DNA of 64,000 nucleotides from NCBI GenBank assembly GCA_965243025.1, contig CBDETY010000003.1:2048001-2112000 (forward strand), read 5' to 3'. A program made the translations under genes and the position numbers. The DNA is from Candidatus Latescibacterota bacterium. GTDB lineage: Bacteria > Latescibacterota > UBA2968 > UBA8231. Under the pieces are notes generated by a model, which worked only from the letters and a program-made list of their open reading frames with translations, ran no database searches and was not told where the DNA came from. The number at the start of each line of letters is the position of its first letter. Position 1 is the first letter of the stretch. This document shows positions 40,044 through 49,015 of this stretch, piece after piece.

Positions 40044-41141
40044 CTACCTGAACCAGTCGTAGTGCAGGCCGAGGCTGCGGTCGGGAAGCGGCAGCTCGAC
40101 CTTGCGGCCGCCCCGGGCCGACGACTCCTTGAGGGCGACCTCGACCTCGAGAGCGATCCCCACCCGGCGGCCCGAGTTCTTGGGCTCGTCGAGCTCTCCT
40201 GCAATGCACCTCATCACGTCGTCGACGCAATAGACCGCCCCGTACGGGCCGTTGAACTGCGGCTTCGGCCACGGCACCGGCACCCTCCCCTTTGCGCCCC
40301 CGGTCTCGACGTCCTGGAACAGCTGCCAGCCCTCCTGGAAATCGAAGGTCATCTCCCCGCTGCTGCCGGTCAGGCGCACACCCGGAGCGCCGTGGCGGAA
40401 GTGCATTGCCGGCCCGCCTTCCGCCCAGGCCATCCCCTGCCCCTGGAACTCGCTGCTGCCGGACTCCCGCCGCGGCCCGTCGCCGGTGCCTACAACCCAG
40501 TCGGGGAGCCGGTCGAGGAAGTAGGACCAGTTCTGGTGCTGAGCGCCGGCGCCGGCGGCCTCGATCGACTGCAGTTCCCCGATTGCCCGTTCCTTCACCA
40601 GCCGCCTGGCGACCGCGAACGAGGGATGGGTGGTGGTGATCGAGCCGCAGTTAAGGGGAACCCCGGCCGCCGCGCAGGTCCCGACCATGCGGTCCACCTC
40701 CTCGAGGGTGTGGGCCATCGGCTTCTCGGTGACGATTCCCTTCGCCCCGCACTCCACCGCCAGACAGGTGAGGTCGGCCCGGTGCCGGGTGTTCGTCGCC
40801 ACCGCGACGATCTCCGGCTTCACCTCCCGCAGCATCGCCCCGGCATCGGTGTACACGGCGTCGATGCCGTAGCGCTCCCGGAAGGCGTCCAGCCTCTTGA
40901 CGTCCCTGTCGGCGGCGGCGACCAGCTCGGTGTCCGGGCGGCTCCACAGGGCCTCGGAGTACGAGGTCGGGTTGCCCTCGTCCCCGGGGTGGTCGTGGTG
41001 GTGGAAGCGGCGGTGGATGTCGAGCTCGGGGGTTGGCCGGTCGATGTCCTCGATCTCGAAGCGGTCGCCGATGCGCCGGGCGAGGTCGTAGAGCAGCCCC
41101 ATCCAGCCCAGGCCGATCACCGCGGCGCTGTAGTTTGCCAT
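40044..41141 (-). CDS. Gfo/Idh/MocA-family NAD(P)-dependent oxidoreductase
   Basis: VIGLGWMG, IVAVATN..H, TEKPMA. Confidence 0.88.
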   Translation of the reverse strand: MANYSAAVIGLGWMGLLYDLARRIGDRFEIEDIDRPTPELDIHRRFHHHDHPGDEGNPTSYSEALWSRPDTELVAAADRDVKRLDAFRERYGIDAVYTDAGAMLREVKPEIVAVATNTRHRADLTCLAVECGAKGIVTEKPMAHTLEEVDRMVGTCAAAGVPLNCGSITTTHPSFAVARRLVKERAIGELQSIEAAGAGAQHQNWSYFLDRLPDWVVGTGDGPRRESGSSEFQGQGMAWAEGGPAMHFRHGAPGVRLTGSSGEMTFDFQEGWQLFQDVETGGAKGRVPVPWPKPQFNGPYGAVYCVDDVMRCIAGELDEPKNSGRRVGIALEVEVALKESSARGGRKVELPLPDRSLGLHYDWFR

Positions 41142-41238
41142 GTCGTTTCTCCTGTCGGTGACGGAATTCGATTCGTTCGGGATTGAGCGACCTCACATAA
41201 GGCCGCGGCTCGGAGGCCGGCACCGGGCAACCCGGCCG

Positions 41239-42246
41239 CTACTCCTCCCAGGGAAGCGGCACCCCGAGCCGGGCCCCCACCTCCCGAAGCTCTTTCTGCT
41301 CCAGCTCGCCGTAGCGGATCCCCTCGCGGCGGTGCAGCTGCATGCGCCGCTCCTCGATCGCCCCGGGCAGCAGCGCCTCCTCCTGTCCCGGCATCGGCTC
41401 GTACGAGGCGCGCACGTCGGCGACGAGGCGGTCGACCTCGGCGCGGAAGTCCGCTTCCGACAGCAGGCCGTCGATGCGGATGGCGAGCACCATGCCGCCC
41501 GAACGGGCGGATGGCCAGGACTGCATCACCTCCCCGGCCTGCGGCAGGCTCACCCCGGCGAGCCCTCCCCCGAGCATCGTCGCCACCGCGGTGTACCCCA
41601 TGCTCTTGAAGAAGGCGGCCGGGATCTTCCCGTGCAGGGCGTCGAACTCCGGGCCGCGCTGGTAGTCGGCCATGATGCAGGTCGCCGCGTCGAGGACGAT
41701 CGGGTCCCCCTCTCCGGACGGCAGGGCGAAACAGATCGGCGGGTTCCCGTAGTAGGCGAGCTTCGGCTTCTCCCCGTCCCCGCGCCGGTTGCCGTGGTCC
41801 CGCGTCCCCTGCACCGAGAACCCGATCATCCCCGCCTCCATGCAGATGCGGGCGTAATGCCCCGCCGAGCCGTAGTGGCCGATGTGCCGCACCGTCGCGA
41901 TCCCGAGGCCGTACTGCCGCGCCTTGGCCACGGCCATTTCCGAGGCTTCCACCATCGGCAGGTACCCGAGCGTGCCGTCGCCGTCGAGGGCGGCCTGGGT
42001 CGGACTCTCGTGCAGGACCGCGACGTCGGGGTCTGGGTTGAGCTCGCCGGTCTCGAAGGACAGGCAGTAGCGGTTCACCTGGCGGGTGCCGTGGGAGCGC
42101 ACGCCGCGCAGGTCGGAGTTGACCAGCAGGCGGCTGATGCAGGCGGCGTGTCCGGAGCTGACCCCGGCCTTCTCGAAGCAGCGCGTCGAAAAGGCGAGCA
42201 GCCGTTCCTCCTCGACGAGCGCGAACTCTTCGGGGGGTCTGTTCAT
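41239..42246 (-). CDS. Ldh_2 family (malate/L-lactate/ureidoglycolate dehydrogenase-like) oxidoreductase
   Basis: DLRGVRSHG, DGDGTLG, HIGHYGSAGHY, GNPPI, LPGAIE. Confidence 0.88.
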   Translation of the reverse strand: MNRPPEEFALVEEERLLAFSTRCFEKAGVSSGHAACISRLLVNSDLRGVRSHGTRQVNRYCLSFETGELNPDPDVAVLHESPTQAALDGDGTLGYLPMVEASEMAVAKARQYGLGIATVRHIGHYGSAGHYARICMEAGMIGFSVQGTRDHGNRRGDGEKPKLAYYGNPPICFALPSGEGDPIVLDAATCIMADYQRGPEFDALHGKIPAAFFKSMGYTAVATMLGGGLAGVSLPQAGEVMQSWPSARSGGMVLAIRIDGLLSEADFRAEVDRLVADVRASYEPMPGQEEALLPGAIEERRMQLHRREGIRYGELEQKELREVGARLGVPLPWEE

Positions 42247-42492
42247 TTTCCCTTCACCTTTTCCTCCGCCGGGCCCCCGGGGGGACCCGGAGTTTGGCAG
42301 TCTTTCCGTACCGCGGAATCAGAGCCGCTGCCGCTTCCGGGCGCCGTCGGGACCGGCCTGTACGATCTTCACTTTCTCCGGGACCAGGGTCAGCGGCCGG
42401 GTCGTCCACGGCTGGAAACAGCCGAAACCCTGCCATATCTTGCGGGCTCCCTCAACCGTTTTCCCCCACCCCGAACCAGATCGGATCCGCAG

Positions 42493-43635
42493 ATGAAGCT
42501 CGATGTCGTCGAGGTTACCCGTGAGATCGTCAACTTCCCCTCCGAAAGCCTGACCAGCAACGCCGCCTGCACCCGGCACAGCGCCAGGATGCTGCGGAAG
42601 TTGGGCTTTGAGGTCGAGAGCCTGCCCTACACCGACGCCAACGGCGTCGAGAAGCTCAGCGTTGTCGCCAGGCTCGGCAAGGGAACCGGCGGGCTCGCGC
42701 TGATGAGCCACAACGACGTCGTCCCGGCCAACATGGAGGACGGCTGGACCGGGGACCCCTACGACGCGCGGGTGTCCGACGGCCGGGTGATCGGCCGCGG
42801 CAGCGCCGACATGAAGGGGCCCCTGGCCGCCTCGATCTGCGCGGCGGCCCGCTTCAGGGCCGGCGACCTCAAGGCGCCGCTCTACATCGTCATCACCGCC
42901 GACGAGGAGATCTCCGGAGTCGGGGCCCGCATGGTGACCGACGAGTCCCGCCTGTTCGCAGCCGCCTCGGAGGGCTGCGGCATCGTCTGCGAGCCGACCC
43001 GCCTGCGCGTGGTGTACGCCCACAAGGCCGGGATGTCGTTCGCGGTCACCGCCAAGGGGAAACCGGCTCACACCAGCACCCTGCGGGGGGTCAACGCCAA
43101 CCTCAAGATGATCCCCTTCCTCCAGGAGATGGCCGAGCTCAACGAGCTGGTGCTCACTGCCGACCGCTTCCGCAACGACGAGTTCGACCCGCCGCACTCG
43201 GAGCTGACGATCAGCGTCAACGACCACAACGTCGCCATGAACATCAGCCCCGCCCGCAGCGTCTGTCGGCTCTCCTACCGCTGCATGCCCGGCGTCGACC
43301 CCGGCGAGATCGTCCAACGGGTGCGGGACGCGGCGCGCAGGCACCGCCTCGACTGCCGCTACAGCGCCTCCGGCAGCCCGGTGTACACCCCGGTCGATTC
43401 ACCCTGGGTGCGGACCGCCCTCAGGCTCACCGGCACGCGCGTGGCGCGCACCGTGCCGTTCGGCACCGACGGAATCCATTACGTGAGGAAGATGAAGCAG
43501 CTTGTGGTCCTCGGGCCCGGGGACATCGCCCAGGCCCACACCGCCGACGAGTGGATCGAGGTCGATCAGCTGCGCAAGGGGGTCGAGGTGTACTCCCGCT
43601 TCATCGACCGGGTCTGCGTCCAGGGGGAGCTGTAG
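42493..43635 (+). CDS. argE: M20 metallopeptidase, acetylornithine deacetylase (ArgE)-like
   Basis: SHNDVVP, GRGSADMKG, ADEE, EPT, HKAG, FGTD, AHTADEW. Confidence 0.78.
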   Translation: MKLDVVEVTREIVNFPSESLTSNAACTRHSARMLRKLGFEVESLPYTDANGVEKLSVVARLGKGTGGLALMSHNDVVPANMEDGWTGDPYDARVSDGRVIGRGSADMKGPLAASICAAARFRAGDLKAPLYIVITADEEISGVGARMVTDESRLFAAASEGCGIVCEPTRLRVVYAHKAGMSFAVTAKGKPAHTSTLRGVNANLKMIPFLQEMAELNELVLTADRFRNDEFDPPHSELTISVNDHNVAMNISPARSVCRLSYRCMPGVDPGEIVQRVRDAARRHRLDCRYSASGSPVYTPVDSPWVRTALRLTGTRVARTVPFGTDGIHYVRKMKQLVVLGPGDIAQAHTADEWIEVDQLRKGVEVYSRFIDRVCVQGEL

Positions 43636-43974
43636 CGGACCCAACGAGTCCCCCCGCTCCCAGTGCCTGCCGCACCCGCCTGGCAGGGAGCAGCGCTTCG
43701 AAGCGGCTGGCTGTCGGTTACTGCACCCGGTGGACACCGGCATTTCCCGGGCTGGGAAAGCGACTGAAATCCCGCGACCGGCAACCTACTGCTGCCGGCC
43801 CCGGCTGCAAGGAAGCAGGGCCTGAGCGGAGTAGCCGACCCCGGGGATTCCGTCGCCCGGGGATCCCGACCATTCTGCCGTTCGTTTGTGTCCGGCTTCG
43901 CCGCCCACCTCGCCACAGGCATTTCGCCGGACCAGCTGTTGCTGACGCGGAACTTCCGTCGAAAGGCGGAGGAT

Positions 43975-45015
43975 TCAGGCGGCCACCGCCGGCCTGAGAA
44001 GCCCCTTTGCAATCAGCGCCTCGGCGATCTGAATGGCGTTGAGGGCCGCCCCCTTGCGCAGCTGGTCGCCGCTGACGAAAAGCTCGATGCCGCGGCCGTC
44101 GCTGCGCGAGATGTCACGGCGGATGCGCCCGACGAGCACCTCGTCCCTGCCCGAAGCCTCGATCGGCATCGGGAAGTGGTTGCTCTCCGGGTCGTCGACG
44201 ACCTCGATTCCGGGGGCCGCGGCGAGGACCTCCCTGGCGCGCTCCGGGCTCATCGGCTCCTCGAACTCGAGGTTGACCGCCTCGGAGTGGGCGCGCATCA
44301 CCGGGACGCGGACGCAGGTCGGCGCGATCCCGATCCCGTCGTCGTGGAAGATCTTCCGCGTCTCCCGGACCATCTTCTCCTCTTCTTCGCAGTACCCCTC
44401 CGGGCCGATGGCGGAGTTGTGGGAGAACAGGTTGAAGGCGGTCTGGTGCGGAAGCTCCCGAGGGGAGGCGGGGTTTCCGGCGAGCACCTCCCGGGTCTGC
44501 TCCTCCAGCTCGGCCATCGCCCTGGCCCCGGCGCCGCTGATCGCCTGGTAGGTCGACACCACGGCGCGCCGGATGCGGTTGACCCGGTGAAGGGGCCAGA
44601 TGGCGACGTCGAGGATGATGGTGGAGCAATTCGGGTTGGCGATGACGCCGGAATGCCGCTCGAGGTCCCCGGGGTTGATCTCCGGGACGACGAGCGGTAC
44701 CCCGTCGTCCATGCGGAAGGCTGAGGTGTTGTCGACGACGACGGCGCCGGCGTCGACGGCGCGCGGGGCGAACTCCCGGCTGATGGCCCCGCCTGCCGAC
44801 GACAGCACGAGATCGATGCCGTCGAACGAGGCTTCGGCGAGGTTCTGGACGATCAGCTTTTCGCCGCGAAACTCGATCTCCCTGCCTGCAGAGCGCGAAG
44901 ACGACAACAGCCTGAGGTCGCCCACCGGGAATTCCCGCTCCGCCAGGAGCTCGAGCATCACCTCTCCCACCGCCCCCGTGGCCCCGACGAGAGCCACCTC
45001 GTACCTGTCTTCCAT
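43975..45015 (-). CDS. asd: Aspartate-semialdehyde dehydrogenase
   Basis: VGATGAVG, DNTSAFRM, IANPNCST, STYQAISGAG, CVRVPVMRAHSE, DQLRKGAALNAIQIAE; ATG at 45015 after GGAGGT. Confidence 0.97.
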   Translation of the reverse strand: MEDRYEVALVGATGAVGEVMLELLAEREFPVGDLRLLSSSRSAGREIEFRGEKLIVQNLAEASFDGIDLVLSSAGGAISREFAPRAVDAGAVVVDNTSAFRMDDGVPLVVPEINPGDLERHSGVIANPNCSTIILDVAIWPLHRVNRIRRAVVSTYQAISGAGARAMAELEEQTREVLAGNPASPRELPHQTAFNLFSHNSAIGPEGYCEEEEKMVRETRKIFHDDGIGIAPTCVRVPVMRAHSEAVNLEFEEPMSPERAREVLAAAPGIEVVDDPESNHFPMPIEASGRDEVLVGRIRRDISRSDGRGIELFVSGDQLRKGAALNAIQIAEALIAKGLLRPAVAA

Positions 45016-45221
45016 TACTTTGTATACCTCCATATGCGCCAACAAGTTATCTGATCACGATCAAAGATCGTTTCAAGTGAAACCCGGCTTGCAGTCATCT
45101 CCCGGATTCGCGGACAGGAAAATAGAGATGAGCCCCGTCATCAGCTATGACTCTTCACCAGCTGCCGCCCAGCGCCTGCCCGAAACGGCCGCCGTGATCG
45201 GCGCTCCGAACCCTCGACAAC

Positions 45222-46406
45222 CTACCCCATCAGCATCTCGATCATGCGATGGCCGTGGTCGAGCCGCTCGGCTCCCTGCTCCGCCCCCATCTCGTTGTAG
45301 GCCATCATTCCGTCCGCCTCGATTCCGGCCCCCCAGAGGACGAACGGCACCGGCTCGCGGCTGTGCGTGCGCAGCGCGATCGGGGTGCGGTGGTCGGGCG
45401 CCATCAGGATGCGCGCCGGCTCCTTCAGGGCCCCCAGCCCGGCCAGCACGGTGCCGACCACCTTGCCGTCGAAATCCTCGATGGCCCCCTTCTTGCCCTC
45501 GACGTCGCCGTTGTGGCCGGCCTCGTCCGGCGCCTCGACGTGCACGTACACGAAGTCGTCGCTTTCGAGGGCGGCCAGGGCGTGCTCGGCCTTGCCGGTG
45601 TAGTTGGTGTCGAGGTACCCGGTGATCCCCGGCACGTGGATGACCCTGAGGCCGGCGGCGACGCCGATGCCGCGCACCAGGTCGACGGCGGAAATCACCC
45701 CGCCGCTGACCCCGAACCTCGACTCGATGCCCGGCAGCCGCATGGCCCGGCCCGAACCCCAGAGCCAGATCGCGTTGGCCGGCTGCAGGCCGTCCCGGAC
45801 CCGGCGCCTGTTGACCTCCGCCCCGGCGAGCACGGGTTCCGCCTCGGCCATCAGCCGGCGGATCTCCGCGGCCCCCTCGCCCCTGGGCAGGTGGGCGGCG
45901 ATCGACTCCCCCATGATGTCGTGGGGCGGGAAGGATTGCAGCTTTTCGGGGCCGTTGCCGTACACCATCAGGTGCCGGTACCCGACGCCGGGATGGAAGC
46001 TGATTCCGTCCCGCTGCAGCCCGGCGGCGATCAGGGCCACCAGCTCCGCCGCCTCTTCGGTGCCGATATGGCCGGCGCTGTAGTCGACGAGAATGTCGCC
46101 GTCGCGGGTGATGAGGTTGCAGCGGAAGGCGACGTCCCTCTCGCCGAGGGGCACCCCCATGCTCGCCGCTTCGAGCGGGGCGCGGCCGCTGTAGTGCTCG
46201 CGGCTGTCGTACCCGAAGATCTCGAGGTTGCCGACGTCGCTGCCGGGGTGCTGCTCCGGCGGGATCGTCCGCACCAGGCCGCCCCGGCCCTCGCGCGCGA
46301 GGCGGTCCATGTTCGGCGTTGCCGCGGCCTGCAGCGGCGTGCGCCCGTCGAGCTCCTCGAGGGGGTAGTCGGCGGCTCCGTCGGGAACCAGGACCAGGTA
46401 CTTCAT
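45222..46406 (-). CDS. apgM: Cofactor-independent phosphoglycerate mutase-like protein (ApgM family; proposed homoserine kinase)
   Basis: PDGAAD, TPNMD, PGSDVG, SGRAPLEA, HVEAPDEAGH, PDHRTP, THSREPVP. Confidence 0.88.
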   Translation of the reverse strand: MKYLVLVPDGAADYPLEELDGRTPLQAAATPNMDRLAREGRGGLVRTIPPEQHPGSDVGNLEIFGYDSREHYSGRAPLEAASMGVPLGERDVAFRCNLITRDGDILVDYSAGHIGTEEAAELVALIAAGLQRDGISFHPGVGYRHLMVYGNGPEKLQSFPPHDIMGESIAAHLPRGEGAAEIRRLMAEAEPVLAGAEVNRRRVRDGLQPANAIWLWGSGRAMRLPGIESRFGVSGGVISAVDLVRGIGVAAGLRVIHVPGITGYLDTNYTGKAEHALAALESDDFVYVHVEAPDEAGHNGDVEGKKGAIEDFDGKVVGTVLAGLGALKEPARILMAPDHRTPIALRTHSREPVPFVLWGAGIEADGMMAYNEMGAEQGAERLDHGHRMIEMLMG

Positions 46407-46411
46407 TCCAT

Positions 46412-47710
46412 TCAGAGCTCTTCCATGCGGATCAGGACCACGTCCTTCTCGACCATCTCCAGCCGGTTCAGGGCGGCCACCGCCTGCCTCATCGCCTCTT
46501 CCCGGGCCTCGTGGGTGACGATGATCAGGGGGACGCTGCCCCCCTGCAGGTCGCGCTCCTTCTGGATCACCGAGGCGATGCTGATCCGCTCCTGCGCCAG
46601 GATGCGGGCGATGCGCTCGAGCACCCCGGGCTTGTCGGCCACCAGCAGGCGCAGGTAGAAGCGGATCTCCGCGTCCCGAACGTCGGCGAAGTCCGGCCCC
46701 CCCCGGGCGGGGATCATGTCGCGGATCGACGGACCGGCCCCGGAAGCACGGCGCTCCGCGAGGTCGACCATGTCGGCGACCACGGCGCTCGCCGTCGGCA
46801 TGCGGCCGGCCCCCTTGCCGTAGAAGACCTGCGTGTCGACGGCGCTGCCGACCACCTCGATGGCGTTGAACTCGTCGTGGATGTTGGCCAGCAGCGACTC
46901 GGCCGGGACCATCGCCGGGTGCACGCGCGCCTCCACGCGGGCCCCGGAGCGCTTGGCGATGGCGAGCAGCTTGATCGTGTACCCGAGTTCGCGGGCGTAC
47001 TCGATGTCCCCGGTGGCGATCCCCTCGATCCCCTCGCAGTAGATGCCGCCGCAGTTGCCGGAAGTGTGGAAGGCGATGCGGCACAGGATCGCCAGCTTCT
47101 GGGCGGCGTCCATGCCGCTGACGTCCATGGCCGGGTCGGGCTCGGCGTACCCCTTGGCCTGGGCTTCGGCGAGGATCCCGGGGTAGCTGCCCTCGCCCCT
47201 GCTCATGCGGGTCATGATGTAGTTGGTGGTGCCGTTGAGGATTCCGTACAGGGACTCGACCTCGTTGGCGACGAGGCCGTTGCGCAGGGAGCGGATGATC
47301 GGGATGCCCCCGGCGACGCTGGCCTCGAACATCAGGTCGGCGCCGTTGGCCAGGGCCAGGGCGAACAGCTCGTCCCCGTGCTCGGCGAGGACCGCCTTGT
47401 TGGCGGTGACCACGTCCTTTCCCGACTTCAGGGCAGTGCGGATCCAGTCGATCGCCGGCTCCGCCCCGGTCAGCTCCACAACCATTCCGACGCCGGGGTC
47501 CTGCAGGACCTCGGCGGGGTCCGCAGTCAGCAGGCCGGCGTCGACTTCGACGTCCCGCGGCCTGCCGGGGTCCCGCACCGCGATCCGCCGGATCTCGAGC
47601 CCGGCGCCGCGGCGCTGCATCGACTCGGAGGCGTCCCGGACCAGGCCGACTACCCCGCCTCCGACGGTGCCGAGGCCGATCAGCCCAACTCCGCGGGGCC
47701 GCGGGGTCAC
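46412..47710 (-). CDS. hom: Homoserine dehydrogenase with C-terminal ACT domain
   Basis: GLGTVGGG, VVTANK, FEASVAGGIP, GILNGTTNYI, GYAEPDP, GKGAG, DKPGVL; GTG start at 47710. Confidence 0.96.
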   Translation of the reverse strand: MTPRPRGVGLIGLGTVGGGVVGLVRDASESMQRRGAGLEIRRIAVRDPGRPRDVEVDAGLLTADPAEVLQDPGVGMVVELTGAEPAIDWIRTALKSGKDVVTANKAVLAEHGDELFALALANGADLMFEASVAGGIPIIRSLRNGLVANEVESLYGILNGTTNYIMTRMSRGEGSYPGILAEAQAKGYAEPDPAMDVSGMDAAQKLAILCRIAFHTSGNCGGIYCEGIEGIATGDIEYARELGYTIKLLAIAKRSGARVEARVHPAMVPAESLLANIHDEFNAIEVVGSAVDTQVFYGKGAGRMPTASAVVADMVDLAERRASGAGPSIRDMIPARGGPDFADVRDAEIRFYLRLLVADKPGVLERIARILAQERISIASVIQKERDLQGGSVPLIIVTHEAREEAMRQAVAALNRLEMVEKDVVLIRMEEL

Positions 47711-47801
47711 TGCCTTTCTCCGGAAAGTGAGGATCCGTCGTCTGAGGTATTGTCCCGCAATGAGTTGCCGATCACCTGCATTCGGGCGTCCGGGATGCAG
47801 A

Positions 47802-48278
47802 TCATCCGGAGTACTCCGTGGCGCACCAGGTGAACAAGGTCTCCCACTCCTGCCGCTGCAGGGCCACCAGATCGGCCGGAGCCCCGGCGTGCCGCTCCTC
47901 GACGGCGCCGATGAAATCCCGGGGATCGTACCCGATCCGGGAAATCGCCGGATGGTCCCCGACCTTGTTGAACCAGTACCTGCTGTTGTCGAAATCCCCT
48001 TCCCGGCGGTGCATGATCCCGTGCCAGAAGGAGCCGGAGGCGTCGTCGATCTGCTGGCATATCCGGTGGCTGCGGTCGAGGTCGTCGGCATAGAGCCAGA
48101 GGGCGGCCTGCAGGACCGGTGGGGCGAGCGCCCCGTCTTCGAGCACCGTTTCGACGCATCCTGCGACGTCTGCCGGCGGCGGTCCGGCCACCACGAGGCG
48201 GCCAAGCGACGTCTCCAGGGGCAACCGGGCCCACAACGGGGCCAGGGCGTCCGCCAACGCCTCGGGAAGGTCCTTCAT
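47802..48278 (-). CDS. Conserved hypothetical protein
   Basis: DLDRSHRICQ, FWHGIMHRREGDFDNSRYWF, EWETLF pattern; RBS upstream. Confidence 0.7.
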   Translation of the reverse strand: MKDLPEALADALAPLWARLPLETSLGRLVVAGPPPADVAGCVETVLEDGALAPPVLQAALWLYADDLDRSHRICQQIDDASGSFWHGIMHRREGDFDNSRYWFNKVGDHPAISRIGYDPRDFIGAVEERHAGAPADLVALQRQEWETLFTWCATEYSG

Positions 48279-48385
48279 CGCTTTCTCCCTGTTGTCGTAA
48301 GTTAAGTATCTGAATGTACATATGGCAGTTTATGCCGTCAACGGAGGGCACCGCTCCAGGTTGCCGCAGGGAGGCAGTCTGAATT

Positions 48386-49015
48386 ATGATTGCGCCCATG
48401 TCCGGCCAGCTCATCACCGCCCTCGCCTGCGTCCTGGCGGGCGCTGCCTCCTCCCCCGCCAGCACCGCCCCCGACTCCGGCTCCCGCGCCGATTCCACCC
48501 GCACTCCTGAAGAGCTGATCCTTCCCGCTACCTTGCAGGACATCGACGGCCGCGAGGTCGACCTCGCCGGAATGGCGCGGCGCAGGCAGGTGGTGTTCGT
48601 CACCATGAAGGGCCCGTGGTGCGGGGTCTGCAAGCGGCAGCTGGTGCGGCTGCGGAGAATCCAGTCGAGGCTGAGCGAGTGCGGGGCGGCGTTCGTCGTC
48701 CTGGCCCCAGGGCCCCGGGAGGAGATCTCCGAAGTCAGGCGCGTCACCGGCTTCTCGGCCCGCTACGTCGAGGACGCCGGCCTGAAGCTCGCCCGCGCCC
48801 TCGGCCTGCAGCTCGCCGAGGACCAGATCCAACCGGCCATCTTCAGGATAGACAGGAACCTGCGGGTCGCCTGGATGCAGGCGGGCCGCTCCGGCCGCTA
48901 CTACGGCGACCGCGAGCTCTGGAAGCACCTCGACTGCGGCAAGGTCGATACCGTCGCGCTTCCCGGACCCGCCACCGCCGGATCCTGGTTACTGCCCGGA
49001 AAGGGAGGGGTCTGA
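48386..49015 (+). CDS. Exported redoxin / AhpC-TSA domain protein
   Basis: Signal peptide; LQDIDGREVDL, WCGVC (CxxC), PAIFRID. Confidence 0.75.
   Translation: MIAPMSGQLITALACVLAGAASSPASTAPDSGSRADSTRTPEELILPATLQDIDGREVDLAGMARRRQVVFVTMKGPWCGVCKRQLVRLRRIQSRLSECGAAFVVLAPGPREEISEVRRVTGFSARYVEDAGLKLARALGLQLAEDQIQPAIFRIDRNLRVAWMQAGRSGRYYGDRELWKHLDCGKVDTVALPGPATAGSWLLPGKGGV

Noticed and set aside
41140-42492. Long N-terminal extensions in the ORF track (41140, 2475, 22316, 27213, 6575, 9679, 20066, 34451, 47084, 48205)
   Set aside because: They overlap other genes and are low-complexity Arg/Pro/Gly-rich; starts were reassigned using RBS, stop-start overlaps and domain boundaries.
43795-43825. GCAAGGAAGCAG resembling SRP RNA domain IV; tmRNA and RNase P also considered for this spacer
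   Set aside because: Lacks the CAGG-stem-GNRA pairing; no tRNA-like ends and no GAGGAAAGUCC motif.
47711-47801. Riboswitch or attenuator upstream of hom
   Set aside because: One hairpin only; no SAM, lysine or T-box consensus, no Thr/Ile-rich leader peptide and no U-tract.
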